Positions 41,875-51,674 are shown, counted from the stretch's first letter. The stretch: DNA of 52,405 nucleotides from a bacterium (GCA_046080385.1 JBJTTW010000130.1:1-52405), one strand, 5' to 3'. Numbers and translations: made by a program. Notes: a model not told the origin generated them from the sequence alone.

Positions 41875-42141
41875 ATGTCTAACAAAGAAGAAAAGAAAAG
41901 TATTGTAGTAAAGTTCGGTCTTAGCGAGACTGACACTGGTAGAGATGCCGTGCAAGTAGCTTTATTAACAACAAGAATTATTGGTTTAACAGAGCATCTG
42001 AAGACTAATAAAAAAGATTATTCGACTAAAAGAGGTCTATTGAAGCTTGTTGGGCGTAGAAAAAGACTTCTTTCGTACATAGAGAAGAGAGATGTTAAGA
42101 GATATCGTGAATTGATTGCTGAGCTTAACTTGCGTAAGTAA
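41875..42141 (+). CDS. rpsO: 30S ribosomal protein S15
   Basis: DTG...VQVALLT...HL...KD...RGLLKLVGRRKRLL; upstream of pnp. Confidence 0.95.
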   Translation: MSNKEEKKSIVVKFGLSETDTGRDAVQVALLTTRIIGLTEHLKTNKKDYSTKRGLLKLVGRRKRLLSYIEKRDVKRYRELIAELNLRK

Positions 42142-42387
42142 TTAATTTCTGCATTTATGATTCTGTTTTAGCTTTAATTTCTAGAATTTAGAAAATCTCC
42201 TTAATTACTCTGATATTTATAGGTTATTATTTAATGAGGCTTTAGTATAGAGCCACAGCTTTTCTTGATTGCTATTTTCTGGATTTGTTGTGCTTTGTGT
42301 GAATGCCTGTTTTCAAAGATAGATAAAAAGGGAGTTTCGCTAAACGCCCAGGATTAAAAGATAATTAAGAGAGAGAAGGAATAATAT

Positions 42388-44532
42388 ATGTTTAATGAGA
42401 AGAAGAAAAAATTTACTATAGCTGGAAAAGAGATAGAAGTCTCGACTGGTAAGCTTGCTCGCCAAGCTACAGCAGCGGTGCAGATCAAGTGTGGAAATAC
42501 TGTTCTTCTTGTTACTGTAACTAAATCCGAGAAAGCTAAAAAAGAATTAGATTACTTTCCTTTAATGGTTGATTTTGAAGAAAAAATTTATTCAGTAGGT
42601 AGAATACCTGGTAGCTATAACAGAAGAGAAGGAAGAGCTAGCGATAAAGCAGTCCTTACCTCTCGTTTAATAGATAGACCGATAAGACCACTCTTCCCGG
42701 ATGCTTATAGAAATGAAGTTCAAGTAAACGTAATGACTTTATCTGTGGATCAGCTATGTCCACCAGATACTCTTGCGATGTTAGGTGTTGGTTTTGCCTT
42801 AGAATTATCTGGTTTGCCTGTTGCTGGTGAAGTTGGTGCTGTCAGAGTATCTTTGGATTCAGATGCTAATTTTATTGTAAATCCATCTGAGGAAGAGATT
42901 CTTGCTTCTGCTTTAGATATAGTTGTAGCTGGTACAGAGGATTCTGTAATGATGGTAGAGGCTGGGGCTAATTTTGTTGAAGATGATAAAGTGGTTGATG
43001 CTATAGCATATGCTCATGCTCGTATTCAAGAACAAGTTGCAGTAATTAGGGAATTTGCCCAAGAAGTTGGTGTGACTAAAGAAGAGTTTATTAATCCAGA
43101 ACCTAATTCTAAGTTGATAGAGATAATTGAAACGCATGCTAAAAAAGATTTAATTGAGTCCATGCAGAATGCTAATAAAGAATCTAGAAGAGAGTGGGTA
43201 GCAAAAGCTCAAGAGAAGGTAGATACAGCTTTAGACGCCTTGGCAGAAGATGATGAGCTTCATGAATATCTTTTAGATAACCCGCATGAACTATCTGCGC
43301 AATTGAAGAAATTAGAGAAAAAACTTTTACGTAAGCAGATTACAGAAACTGGTGTCAGAGCAGATTCAAGAAAAAATACTGAGATAAGACCACTTGATAT
43401 TGAGGTGGGTTCTTATCCAGGAGTTCATGGTGATGGTCTTTTCACAAGAGGTAATACTCAAGTTTTGGCTTTACTGGTTTTAGGTACAGAAAAATTAGCG
43501 AGATCACTAGATGGTATAGATTCAGAGACACAGAAATTCTATATGCATAACTATAATTTTCCAAGCTGGTCTGTAGGAGAAGCGAAGCCAAATAGGGGTC
43601 CAGGTCGTAGAGAAATAGGTCATGGTGCTCTTGCTGAAAGAGCAGTGCAGCCTTCATTACCAAAGAGAGAAGATTTCCCTTATGCGATGAGAGTGGTTTC
43701 AGAAGTACTTGAATCCAGTGGATCTACTTCTATGGCAGCTACCTGCGCAAGTTCACTTGCTTTAATGGACGCTGGTGTTCCAGTAACTACTCCAGTAGCT
43801 GGTATCGCGATGGGTCTTATTAAAGAGGAGTCTAGTACGGTGGTTCTTACTGATATTCATGAATTAGAGGACTTCCTTGGAGATATGGACTTTAAAGTAG
43901 CAGGTAATGATAAGGGTATCTCCGCTTTGCAGATGGATATCAAGATTAAAGGTATATCGTTAGAGATCATTAGAACAGCTATTAAACAAGCAAGAGAAGG
44001 TAGATTACATATTTTATCTGCGATGACGGCCGTGATAGCAGCTCCGAGAAAAATTCTTAGAGCGAATGCACCAAGAATCGTTTCATTTAAGATCGACCCA
44101 GATAAAATCGGTGCAGTTATCGGCTCTGGTGGTAAAAATATTAAGTGGATTACGGAAGTTACCGGTACGGAGATTAATATTACTGATGATGGTACTGTCT
44201 GTGTCTACTGCGTATCTGAAGAAGCTGCTAATCTTGCTAAAAAGTACGTTACTGTAAATGCTGAAGGCGCTAAGCAGGGCGAAATATGGGAAGGTGAAGT
44301 CGTTAAAGTCTTGGATGGTGTTGGCGTTATCGTTGAATTAATACCAGGTGTTAGCGGCTTAGTTCATATTTCTCAGATCGCACTTGAGAGAGTGGATGAT
44401 GTCCATGAATTCTTTAAAGTTGGAGATAAGACTAAAGTTCTAGTTCAAGGTCTAGATTTTAAAGGTAGAATGTCTTTATCTATAAAAGCTTTATTGGAAA
44501 ATAACCAGAGAACTGAAGAGCCAGTGGTTTAA
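42388..44532 (+). CDS. pnp: Polyribonucleotide nucleotidyltransferase
   Basis: SRLIDRPIRP, RREIGHG, GDMDFKVAG, KH and S1 domains. Confidence 0.96.
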   Translation: MFNEKKKKFTIAGKEIEVSTGKLARQATAAVQIKCGNTVLLVTVTKSEKAKKELDYFPLMVDFEEKIYSVGRIPGSYNRREGRASDKAVLTSRLIDRPIRPLFPDAYRNEVQVNVMTLSVDQLCPPDTLAMLGVGFALELSGLPVAGEVGAVRVSLDSDANFIVNPSEEEILASALDIVVAGTEDSVMMVEAGANFVEDDKVVDAIAYAHARIQEQVAVIREFAQEVGVTKEEFINPEPNSKLIEIIETHAKKDLIESMQNANKESRREWVAKAQEKVDTALDALAEDDELHEYLLDNPHELSAQLKKLEKKLLRKQITETGVRADSRKNTEIRPLDIEVGSYPGVHGDGLFTRGNTQVLALLVLGTEKLARSLDGIDSETQKFYMHNYNFPSWSVGEAKPNRGPGRREIGHGALAERAVQPSLPKREDFPYAMRVVSEVLESSGSTSMAATCASSLALMDAGVPVTTPVAGIAMGLIKEESSTVVLTDIHELEDFLGDMDFKVAGNDKGISALQMDIKIKGISLEIIRTAIKQAREGRLHILSAMTAVIAAPRKILRANAPRIVSFKIDPDKIGAVIGSGGKNIKWITEVTGTEINITDDGTVCVYCVSEEAANLAKKYVTVNAEGAKQGEIWEGEVVKVLDGVGVIVELIPGVSGLVHISQIALERVDDVHEFFKVGDKTKVLVQGLDFKGRMSLSIKALLENNQRTEEPVV

Positions 44533-44542
44533 ATTAAGGATA

Positions 44543-44671
44543 TTATACCAAAATACCATTTTAATCTAAAAAAGACTTTTATATGTCCCAAGCAGTCCTA
44601 GTTTTGGACTGCTTGGGCTCAAAAGAATTTTCCAGAATGGTATCAAGCGAACAAGTTCTAGAATGGTATAA
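44543..44671. repeat. Palindromic MITE/REP-like element downstream of pnp
   Basis: TTATACCA/ATACCATT left ends, AGAATGGTAT/AGAATGGTATAA right ends, central 12-bp stem CCCAAGCAGTCC/GGACTGCTTGGG; shares CGAACAAGTTC with the main family. Confidence 0.55.
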
Positions 44672-44676
44672 ATTAC

Positions 44677-44708
44677 AAAAAAAAGGAAGCAACACTGCTT
44701 CCTTTTTT
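44677..44708. terminator. Bidirectional intrinsic terminator (pnp / 5S rRNA)
   Basis: A8-GGAAGCA-acac-TGCTTCC-T6. Confidence 0.85.
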
Positions 44709-44720
44709 AATAAAAATAAA

Positions 44721-44838
<118 letters not shown>

Positions 44839-44843
44839 TTAAT

Positions 44844-44872
44844 ATCTTAGCAAGCGGCTCAGGGTTCTGCAA
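44844..44872 (-). promoter_or_regulatory. Sigma70-type promoter for the 5S rRNA
   Basis: TTGCAG-17 nt-TAAGAT ending about 6 nt before the 5S 5' end. Confidence 0.65.
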
Positions 44873-44933
44873 GAGCTTTGAATGAGTTTAATTTTTTTCT
44901 TATTATTTTGCGGGAAATGAATTGAAAACGTAG

Positions 44934-45689
44934 GTGTTAGAATGTTTGTTTATGGCAGATACTCTTGAAAAAGATAATATTGTTATTGTTGAGGATAAAG
45001 CTGATTTAGGGTCACTTGGCTATATGGAGCTTATGGACTCGATGGGCGGTGATTTATCTATCGTGAATTCGGCAAGAGTCTCTTACAATAAGTATTCTGT
45101 CGAGTTTGAGGAAAAAGATAAAAAGCTAATAAAATTTTTAGCGAAGCACGAGCATTGGACACCTTTTGAGCAGAATTCAATTACTTTTAGAGTTAAGTGT
45201 CCTATTTATATTGCTCGTCAATGGATGAAGCATAGATGCTGGGTTTTCAATGAAATTAGTGCTAGATATACCAAATTTGATAATACTATCTATAGACCAG
45301 ATGAATTTAGAGAGCAAGCTGAGACTAATAAGCAGGCTAGTGTCAAAGCTAGTGAAGCTCTAAATCAGGCTGTTGCGGGTGAAATATATGATAATGCTGC
45401 TAAAATGGCTATAGAAGCATATAACAAGTTGATAGAACTAGGGGTTTGTAGGGAGCAGGCTCGTGGAGTGCTTCCCGTGGGCTCGCATACGGAGTTTATT
45501 ACCACTGTTAATTTAAGGAATTTTATGCACTGGTATAACCTTAGAGCTCCGAAAGAAGCTCAGTGGGAGATACAGCAGTATGCTAAGGCTGGAATACAGC
45601 TAGTGAAAAGAGTTTTTCCAGTAGCTGTCGAGTGCTTTGAAGAGTTAGAGAAAGAGTCTCTGTTAGAGGGTTCTGAGAAAGGTAATTAA
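44934..45689 (+). CDS. thyX: FAD-dependent thymidylate synthase
   Basis: ARVSY, HWTPFE, ARQWMKHR...NEISARY, REQARGVLP, AQWEI. Confidence 0.93.
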   Translation: MLECLFMADTLEKDNIVIVEDKADLGSLGYMELMDSMGGDLSIVNSARVSYNKYSVEFEEKDKKLIKFLAKHEHWTPFEQNSITFRVKCPIYIARQWMKHRCWVFNEISARYTKFDNTIYRPDEFREQAETNKQASVKASEALNQAVAGEIYDNAAKMAIEAYNKLIELGVCREQARGVLPVGSHTEFITTVNLRNFMHWYNLRAPKEAQWEIQQYAKAGIQLVKRVFPVAVECFEELEKESLLEGSEKGN

Positions 45690-45691
45690 AT

Positions 45692-46723
45692 ATGATAATT
45701 GTTGTTGGAAAAATCATTCTGCTACTTGCAGCTATTTTATTTGTCTGCTTGTGGTTCACTAATGCAGTAGAAAATATTGGGGTACGCCTGAAACTAGGTG
45801 AGCAAGTTGTTGGGAGTTTACTTGCGGCCATTGGTACTGCTTTGCCTGAGACTCTTTTACCTATTATCGCTATATTTTTAGCGGGCTCGGTTCATGGTGA
45901 TCCGAAGACTGATATAGCTATTGGATCTATTGTTGGAGCACCTTTTCTTCTATCTACCTTGGCTATGGCTCTTTTGGGCTTGGCTATATTGGTAAGTTAC
46001 AAAAAAAGACAAGACTTAAATTTAAGGGCGACTCATGGCCACATAAGTAAAGATTTGACATATTTTATAATCGCTCTGTCTATAGCTATGTTAGCCACTC
46101 TTTTCCCTGATGCTATATCTAAAGTAGTTTTCACTATAGTGCTCTTAGGGATTTATGTAACGTATTTTGTGACTACTCTGAGAGAGGGTTCTAATCATAA
46201 TCACAGTGAAGAAGATGCGGAGGGAGTTGATGCGCTCTATATATCTAGTGTTGCAGTAGCTGGTTTCCGTTTACCCGCAAATTTATTCTGGATGATTGCT
46301 CAGGTCTTGCTTTCATTGCTTGGAATTATTTATTTCGCTCATAGGTTTATTATTTCTATCGAAGAAGCTTCTGTGATGATGAATGTAAGTCCACTCGTTT
46401 TAAGTTTAATTATCGCGCCTATTGCTACTGAGCTTCCAGAGAAGGTGAATAGCTGGTTCTGGGCAAGTTCTGGTAAAGATGGCCTTGCAATGGGTAATAT
46501 CACTGGGGCTATGGTGTTTCAGTCCGCTATTCCTTGCGCAGTAGGTGTAAGTTTGACTCCATGGAATTTGGATTCGCATACTATGTTTTGTTTTGTTTTA
46601 GCTTTACTTTCAGCCTTTATTCTTTTGCTCTCCCTGAAAGTATTTAAGCGTGTTCACGCTGCGACACTTACTTTTCTGGGCTTTTTGTATTTGCTATATC
46701 TAATTGCTATAATCTTATTCTGA
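45692..46723 (+). CDS. Sodium:calcium antiporter family protein
   Basis: Alpha repeats AIGTALPE and PIATELPE; GNITGAMVFQ. Confidence 0.88.
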   Translation: MIIVVGKIILLLAAILFVCLWFTNAVENIGVRLKLGEQVVGSLLAAIGTALPETLLPIIAIFLAGSVHGDPKTDIAIGSIVGAPFLLSTLAMALLGLAILVSYKKRQDLNLRATHGHISKDLTYFIIALSIAMLATLFPDAISKVVFTIVLLGIYVTYFVTTLREGSNHNHSEEDAEGVDALYISSVAVAGFRLPANLFWMIAQVLLSLLGIIYFAHRFIISIEEASVMMNVSPLVLSLIIAPIATELPEKVNSWFWASSGKDGLAMGNITGAMVFQSAIPCAVGVSLTPWNLDSHTMFCFVLALLSAFILLLSLKVFKRVHAATLTFLGFLYLLYLIAIILF

Positions 46724-46770
46724 TTTCAGAGTTTCCATATTTTAGGATTCTTTAATCGCTTTAAACTATT

Positions 46771-47556
46771 ATGACTCAACATATAACAGGTGAAATATTC
46801 GGACAGCAGGTCAATCTTGACACTCTTTACTATGCTTGGGGTACTATGGCTTTGGTTTTAGCGGTAGCAGCTTATCTAGGATCTTCTTTACAGAAGGAAG
46901 TTTCAAAATATGGCATGAAAGAGCATCTTGCAGAGTCAGTTGTATCTTTTTTTAGAATTTTAACTAGTGGTCAGATTGGTAAGCGAGGCGATCAGTTTGT
47001 ACCTTTGATTGGAAGCATTTTTATTTTTATTCTGGTAAATTATTATGCTGGTTTACTACCATGGCAGTTAGGTAAGTTTTTTCACTGGTGGCCTACTTTG
47101 CCAAGTCATGGTGAAGAACATGCCCATATTTGGCATGGAGCTAGTACTTGTGCTGATATTAATGTTCCAGCGGCGATTTCCATTTTGGTCGTTTTGATTT
47201 ATTTTACTGCCGGAGCTATGATCGGTGGTTGGAAGTATATTCAAATGTTCTTGCCGATTAACTTTTCTAAAGAAAAAGGTTTAAGTTTAAATTTGATGTG
47301 CCTGATTGAGCTTATGGATCTTTTAATTCGTCCGCTTACTCTTACCCTGCGACTTTTTGCAAATACTGTTGCTGGAGAGACTTTGCTTGCTACTTTTATT
47401 GGTTTGGTGGCATTAGTTATTCCTGTAGTTGTTCTTGGTTTTGAAATGTTTGTTGGATTATTACAGGCTTTTCTATTTGCTATTCTTACCTGTGTTTATA
47501 TCGGTGGCGCAGTGCAGCATGCTGAGCATCTTGTGCATGATGCCGAACATCACTAA
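46771..47556 (+). CDS. atpB: F0F1 ATP synthase subunit a
   Basis: FIFILVNYYAGLLP, ADIN, RPLTLTLRLFAN, LQAFLFAILT. Confidence 0.92.
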   Translation: MTQHITGEIFGQQVNLDTLYYAWGTMALVLAVAAYLGSSLQKEVSKYGMKEHLAESVVSFFRILTSGQIGKRGDQFVPLIGSIFIFILVNYYAGLLPWQLGKFFHWWPTLPSHGEEHAHIWHGASTCADINVPAAISILVVLIYFTAGAMIGGWKYIQMFLPINFSKEKGLSLNLMCLIELMDLLIRPLTLTLRLFANTVAGETLLATFIGLVALVIPVVVLGFEMFVGLLQAFLFAILTCVYIGGAVQHAEHLVHDAEHH

Positions 47557-47559
47557 TTT

Positions 47560-48585
47560 GTGTTTATAGAGCATTTTATTCATATATTATTTGAGATACT
47601 GCCTGTATTCCTTATTGCAGTTATTTGCTCCTCCTTACTTGAAGTTTATTTACCTGATGGGTATTTTGAAAAAATAGGGAAAGAGGACGACGAAAACGCA
47701 GAAATTGGAGTTTCGTTACATGCCCATCAATTGAGTCTTTTGGGGATGATATTAGTTTCAGCCTTTCTCGGTGCATTAATTCCTATTTGCACCTGTGGAA
47801 TGATTCCACTTGCTTTAGGATTGTATCGTAAGCAGCTTGACTGGAAAATAATTTTAGCTTTCCTTCTTGCTGGAAATGCTTGTAGTATCCCAGCTTTAAT
47901 CCTTAATTATGGAATTTTTGGCTTGGAGATTAGCATCTATCGTTTATTAATGGCGATAGTTTTTGCTGTTCTGGTTACATACGTTTTAATTTTCTTTGGA
48001 GAGGCTAAAATTGCAGATTTTATTGCGTTGAAATTAGCTCCAAGTGGATCGTCTGTGTCAGAACACTGTTGTGCAGCTGATCATCATCATGGGAACGTAG
48101 AAATTGGAGATGAGGATCATGAGGACGACGAAAATGCAGAAATTGGAGTTCTGGAGCAGTGCCATGAGCATAAACTTGGGATGATGGAAGTTCTCGTACA
48201 TATAAGAGAGGATCTTATCGCTGCGATAAAACAGTTTTTACCGTGGATACTTTTGTCTGTGGCTTTTGCAAGCTTGCTTCATTTTAATTATGAATCGCTG
48301 ACTGCTTTTCAAACTGCGATAACTAATAAATATTTATCGCCATGGATTTTTTCACTGATCGCATTTCCTTTTTATTTTTGTGCAGGAGCAGATATTCCAA
48401 TGAGTCAAGAATTTTTCAATATGGGAGTGCCTGTAGGAGCTGTGCTTGCTTTTATGACAGCTAGTCCTTCGGTGAATCTGACTACTGTTTTTGTATATAA
48501 GCAGGCATTTGGTTTCAAGGCTGCTATTTATTTGACGGTTATTTCGGTTGTGGTTATTGCTTTGCTGTCGGTTTTTTGTTTTTAG
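47560..48585 (+). CDS. ArsP/DUF318-type permease with repeat-derived insertions
   Basis: GALIPICTCGMIP, PFYFCAGADIP, GAVLAFMTASP. Confidence 0.85.
   Translation: MFIEHFIHILFEILPVFLIAVICSSLLEVYLPDGYFEKIGKEDDENAEIGVSLHAHQLSLLGMILVSAFLGALIPICTCGMIPLALGLYRKQLDWKIILAFLLAGNACSIPALILNYGIFGLEISIYRLLMAIVFAVLVTYVLIFFGEAKIADFIALKLAPSGSSVSEHCCAADHHHGNVEIGDEDHEDDENAEIGVLEQCHEHKLGMMEVLVHIREDLIAAIKQFLPWILLSVAFASLLHFNYESLTAFQTAITNKYLSPWIFSLIAFPFYFCAGADIPMSQEFFNMGVPVGAVLAFMTASPSVNLTTVFVYKQAFGFKAAIYLTVISVVVIALLSVFCF
47683..47725 (+). repeat. In-frame repeat copy (EDDENAEIGVSLHA)
   Basis: gaggacgacgaaaacgcagaaattggagtttcgttacatgccc. Confidence 0.92.
48061..48163 (+). repeat. In-frame tandem repeat copy (…NVEIGDEDHEDDENAEIGVLEQC)
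   Basis: aacgtagaaattggag followed by atgaggatcatgaggacgacgaaaatgcagaaattggagtt...gcagtgcc. Confidence 0.88.
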
Positions 48586-48588
48586 AAG

Positions 48589-48825
48589 TTATAGTTTTGT
48601 ATTCGTGTAGTCTTCGTGACTAAGGACAGTATCGTAAAGTCCTATGGTTTCTCCTTCACGTTTATTAATTCCAGTATATTCTAAACTAGCATCTTCATAG
48701 CGTTTGAATTTATAAACAGCATCATTCATTAGTGCAGAATTAAAAACACCAAGACTGACCAATAGTTGAAAGTCTTTTACCATCAAGCCAGTCACTTTTT
48801 TAAAAAGCCCAGGTTCAAAAAGCAC
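48589..48825 (-). pseudogene. Probable C-terminal remnant of a large restriction-endonuclease/helicase-type gene
   Basis: EPGLFKKVTGL.VKDF.LLVSLGVFNSALMNDAVYKFKRYEDASL.YTG resembles, from memory, the C-terminus of GIY-YIG/helicase restriction proteins; only 78 aa are present. Confidence 0.5.
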
Positions 48826-48925
48826 TTATTGCATCTTGATTAGCCATTAAGCGTCAGCAAAAATTCCTAAAGAAAAAATAAAGATAGTGATTTAGCCCTA
48901 GAAGAGACCTGAACAGAGTGAATAT

Positions 48926-50173
48926 TCAGTGTTGGTTAATTACACGCGAAGAATAATTCCCAGCCAAATAAGTCCAAACCCAATCAAAAAGAACAATAGC
49001 ACGATTTCTAAAACCTATTAACAATAATAAATGCACTAGTCCCCACAGTATCCATGCTGGGGCACCCTGCAAATGGACTAAAGGCAACTCCGCAACAGCA
49101 GCTCTTTTACCAATTATCGCCATAATGCCATAATCTTCATACTTAAAGGGCTTTATTTCTCGGCGATCTTCACCTCTAATTATTTTCCTCAAGACTCTGC
49201 CTAAATAAATACCCTGCTGCTTAGCGACCGAACCCAAACCTGGTAAAGGTCTGTCATTTTGCATAAGCTCTGCGGTATCACCAATAACAAAAACTTTATC
49301 ATCATCAAACAAGTTCAAATATTCATTTACGGTTACCTTATTTCCTCTTGCGGGTTTTAAAATATTCAACAGATTCGCAGCTCCCACTCCTAGAACACCA
49401 GCTGCCCAAATAATAGTGTTAGAGCAGATTTCACCTTCAGACGTTTTAATATAATTATGCTGTATCTCTTCTACAGTGGTATTGAGCTTCACCTGAATGC
49501 CAAGCTTATGCATAACCTGCACTGAATAATCAGAAAGATAAGTAGAAAAAGCCGCTAAGGGCCTTTCTGCCGTTTCAATTAAATTAACTTTGATATCCTG
49601 AAATTTAATCGCAGACTCTTCTTGAGTGAATTTCTTCGCTATCTCAGAGATTATCCCAGCCATCTCAACCCCAGTAGGACCAGCACCTACTATCGCAAAA
49701 GTAAGCAGCCTTTCCTTTTCAGCAGAATCTTTCGTGACTAAAGCTCTCTCAAACTGAGTCTGAATATGATTTTTAAGCTTTAATGCCCCAGCTAAAGTTT
49801 TCAATGTAAAAACATGGTTCGCCCATTCATTATGACCAAAGAAGTTATAAGTACTACCTGTCGCAATTACTAAAAAATCATAAAAATATTCATTCTCACT
49901 AGTTATAACTTTTTGAGCAATTTTATCTACGCTAAGAACCTCTTCCATACGAACTTTCACGTTTTTATTATCCGCAAAAACCAATCTGAGAGGTATCGCG
50001 ACATTCTCCGGCGAAAGAATTCCAGCTGCCACCTGATAAAGCAAGGGTTGAAAAAGATGATGATTCTGTTTATCAATAAGTAGAACATCAATATTATGAT
50101 TAGCCAGCTTCCGAGCAGTAAAAATACCCCCAAAACCACCACCAATAATAATAACTTTCTTTCTTTGACCCAT
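48926..50173 (-). CDS. ndh: Type II NADH dehydrogenase
   Basis: IIGGGFGG, HLFQPLLYQVA, VGAGPTGVEMAG, IWAAGV, FVIGD; likely start MGQRKK at 50173. Confidence 0.9.
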   Translation of the reverse strand: MGQRKKVIIIGGGFGGIFTARKLANHNIDVLLIDKQNHHLFQPLLYQVAAGILSPENVAIPLRLVFADNKNVKVRMEEVLSVDKIAQKVITSENEYFYDFLVIATGSTYNFFGHNEWANHVFTLKTLAGALKLKNHIQTQFERALVTKDSAEKERLLTFAIVGAGPTGVEMAGIISEIAKKFTQEESAIKFQDIKVNLIETAERPLAAFSTYLSDYSVQVMHKLGIQVKLNTTVEEIQHNYIKTSEGEICSNTIIWAAGVLGVGAANLLNILKPARGNKVTVNEYLNLFDDDKVFVIGDTAELMQNDRPLPGLGSVAKQQGIYLGRVLRKIIRGEDRREIKPFKYEDYGIMAIIGKRAAVAELPLVHLQGAPAWILWGLVHLLLLIGFRNRAIVLFDWVWTYLAGNYSSRVINQH

Positions 50174-50219
50174 ATAATCTACATGTCCATTGATAGTATA
50201 CTCAATTGTTGTAAGAAAA

Positions 50220-50903
50220 ATGAAAACTCTAAAGAAATCTTTACCTAATTTAGTGAAGCTTGCTGTCTGTATCAGCATAGCGTTCTTCACTCAGTTAAAC
50301 AGCTCTGTTTTTGCAGAGAAAAAAAACAAAGAAATAAAAGACAAAAAATCCTCCACTGCTATTATTGGTGAAACTCTAGAGCTAAACCCTAATCGCAGCT
50401 CAGTAAGATGGTACGGCACCAATGGTTCACCTGTAATCGCAGAGCACACTGGCGGAATCAAAGTCAAGAAAGGTAAAGTCATCATCAATACAGCTGGAGA
50501 CCTTACTGCTGCTGAGTTAGTGATGGATATGACTAGTATTAGCAATGATAATCTCAGTGGTGAATTACAAAATAAAATAGTACAGCATTTAAAAAGTCCC
50601 GACTTCTTTGATGTAAGAAAGTATCCAGAAGCGACATTTAAATCAACTCAAGTTCAAAAAATCAGTGATAAGAAATATCAAATAATCGGTCAGTTAACCA
50701 TTAAAAATACTAAAAAAAATACTAATATTACAGGATTCTATACTACAGATGGTTTTAACTATAGCTTTAAAGGGAACTTTATCTTTGACAGAACTGACTT
50801 CGATGTTAAATATGGATCAGGAAAATTCTTCAGTAATCTTGGAGATAAGTTAATAAACGATACCGTAAAACTAAGTTTCGATCTTAGAGCGAATCCAGCC
50901 TAA
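50220..50903 (+). CDS. YceI-family lipid/polyisoprenoid-binding protein
   Basis: Signal peptide; HLKSPDFFDVRKYPEATF, GQLTIK, DRTDFDVKYGS. Confidence 0.9.
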   Translation: MKTLKKSLPNLVKLAVCISIAFFTQLNSSVFAEKKNKEIKDKKSSTAIIGETLELNPNRSSVRWYGTNGSPVIAEHTGGIKVKKGKVIINTAGDLTAAELVMDMTSISNDNLSGELQNKIVQHLKSPDFFDVRKYPEATFKSTQVQKISDKKYQIIGQLTIKNTKKNTNITGFYTTDGFNYSFKGNFIFDRTDFDVKYGSGKFFSNLGDKLINDTVKLSFDLRANPA

Positions 50904-50951
50904 TTCTGCTCTTGACGAAATATAAAGTCGACTGCGAACGGATCATCTAAT

Positions 50952-51023
50952 GGATGTTTAGCTGAACCAACAAGTTCAAGGCGGAGGAGGAACAATGAGG
51001 AAAATATTTCAGCGGATCCTTAA
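50952..51023 (+). repeat. Repeat mosaic providing the RBS, ATG and N-terminus of ORF 50995
   Basis: aacaagttcaaggcggaggagga followed by tttcagcggatccttaa; both modules are seen at 213-290. Confidence 0.8.
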
Positions 51024-51513
51024 GAATATCTTATTCGTTTTCATAATTACTCTAATCTTCGAGGTTCAAGCCTATAGCTTTGAAAAGATCCGTCTCGAAA
51101 ATGAAGAAATTAGTGAACTTAAAGATTATCAGATAGGCTATAGATCAAACTTAGCCCCACTCGAAACACATAACGAATCTTCAACAATTAAAATTCCAAT
51201 GGCTAAAATAAAACCTAAAATCGGCGTACTCAAGACTGAACTTATTTATCAACCTTGGGATAAAACTTATCAAATCGGCGGCAGCCTAGATTTAATGGAA
51301 ATTACAAAAAAATATAAACAAGAACAACGCCTAGCTAAAGAATGCAGCTTTGATCTTTATAAGTGCCAAAAACTCACCACTGCTTCTAGAGAGGGAGAGG
51401 TAAAGGCTATATTTACAAATGTATTTTCTAACGTCAAGGAAACAACTAAAGAGGTTTATAAAGTTACTAAAGACCAGTTTTCCATATGTAATGAAAATAA
51501 CATTTGCTATTAG
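50995..51513 (+). CDS. Hypothetical exported protein
   Basis: 172-aa ORF with a basic n-region and hydrophobic signal. Confidence 0.55.
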   Translation: MRKIFQRILKNILFVFIITLIFEVQAYSFEKIRLENEEISELKDYQIGYRSNLAPLETHNESSTIKIPMAKIKPKIGVLKTELIYQPWDKTYQIGGSLDLMEITKKYKQEQRLAKECSFDLYKCQKLTTASREGEVKAIFTNVFSNVKETTKEVYKVTKDQFSICNENNICY

Positions 51514-51539
51514 AGCTTCAGCTTTGCTAAAATCCTTTA

Positions 51540-51616
<77 letters not shown>

Positions 51617-51674
51617 TTTTAAAATCGGCTTTTATAGAATATCAAAATCTAGATAATACGTCTTTGTATTATTT

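Noticed and set aside
42141-42387. Structured regulatory leader between rpsO and pnp
   Set aside because: Only a solo repeat end (42331-42349) is recognisable; no convincing conserved RNA motif by eye.
50173-50290. Apparent head-to-head overlap of ndh and the yceI-like gene
   Set aside because: More plausible ATG starts at 50173 (-) and 50220 (+) remove the overlap.
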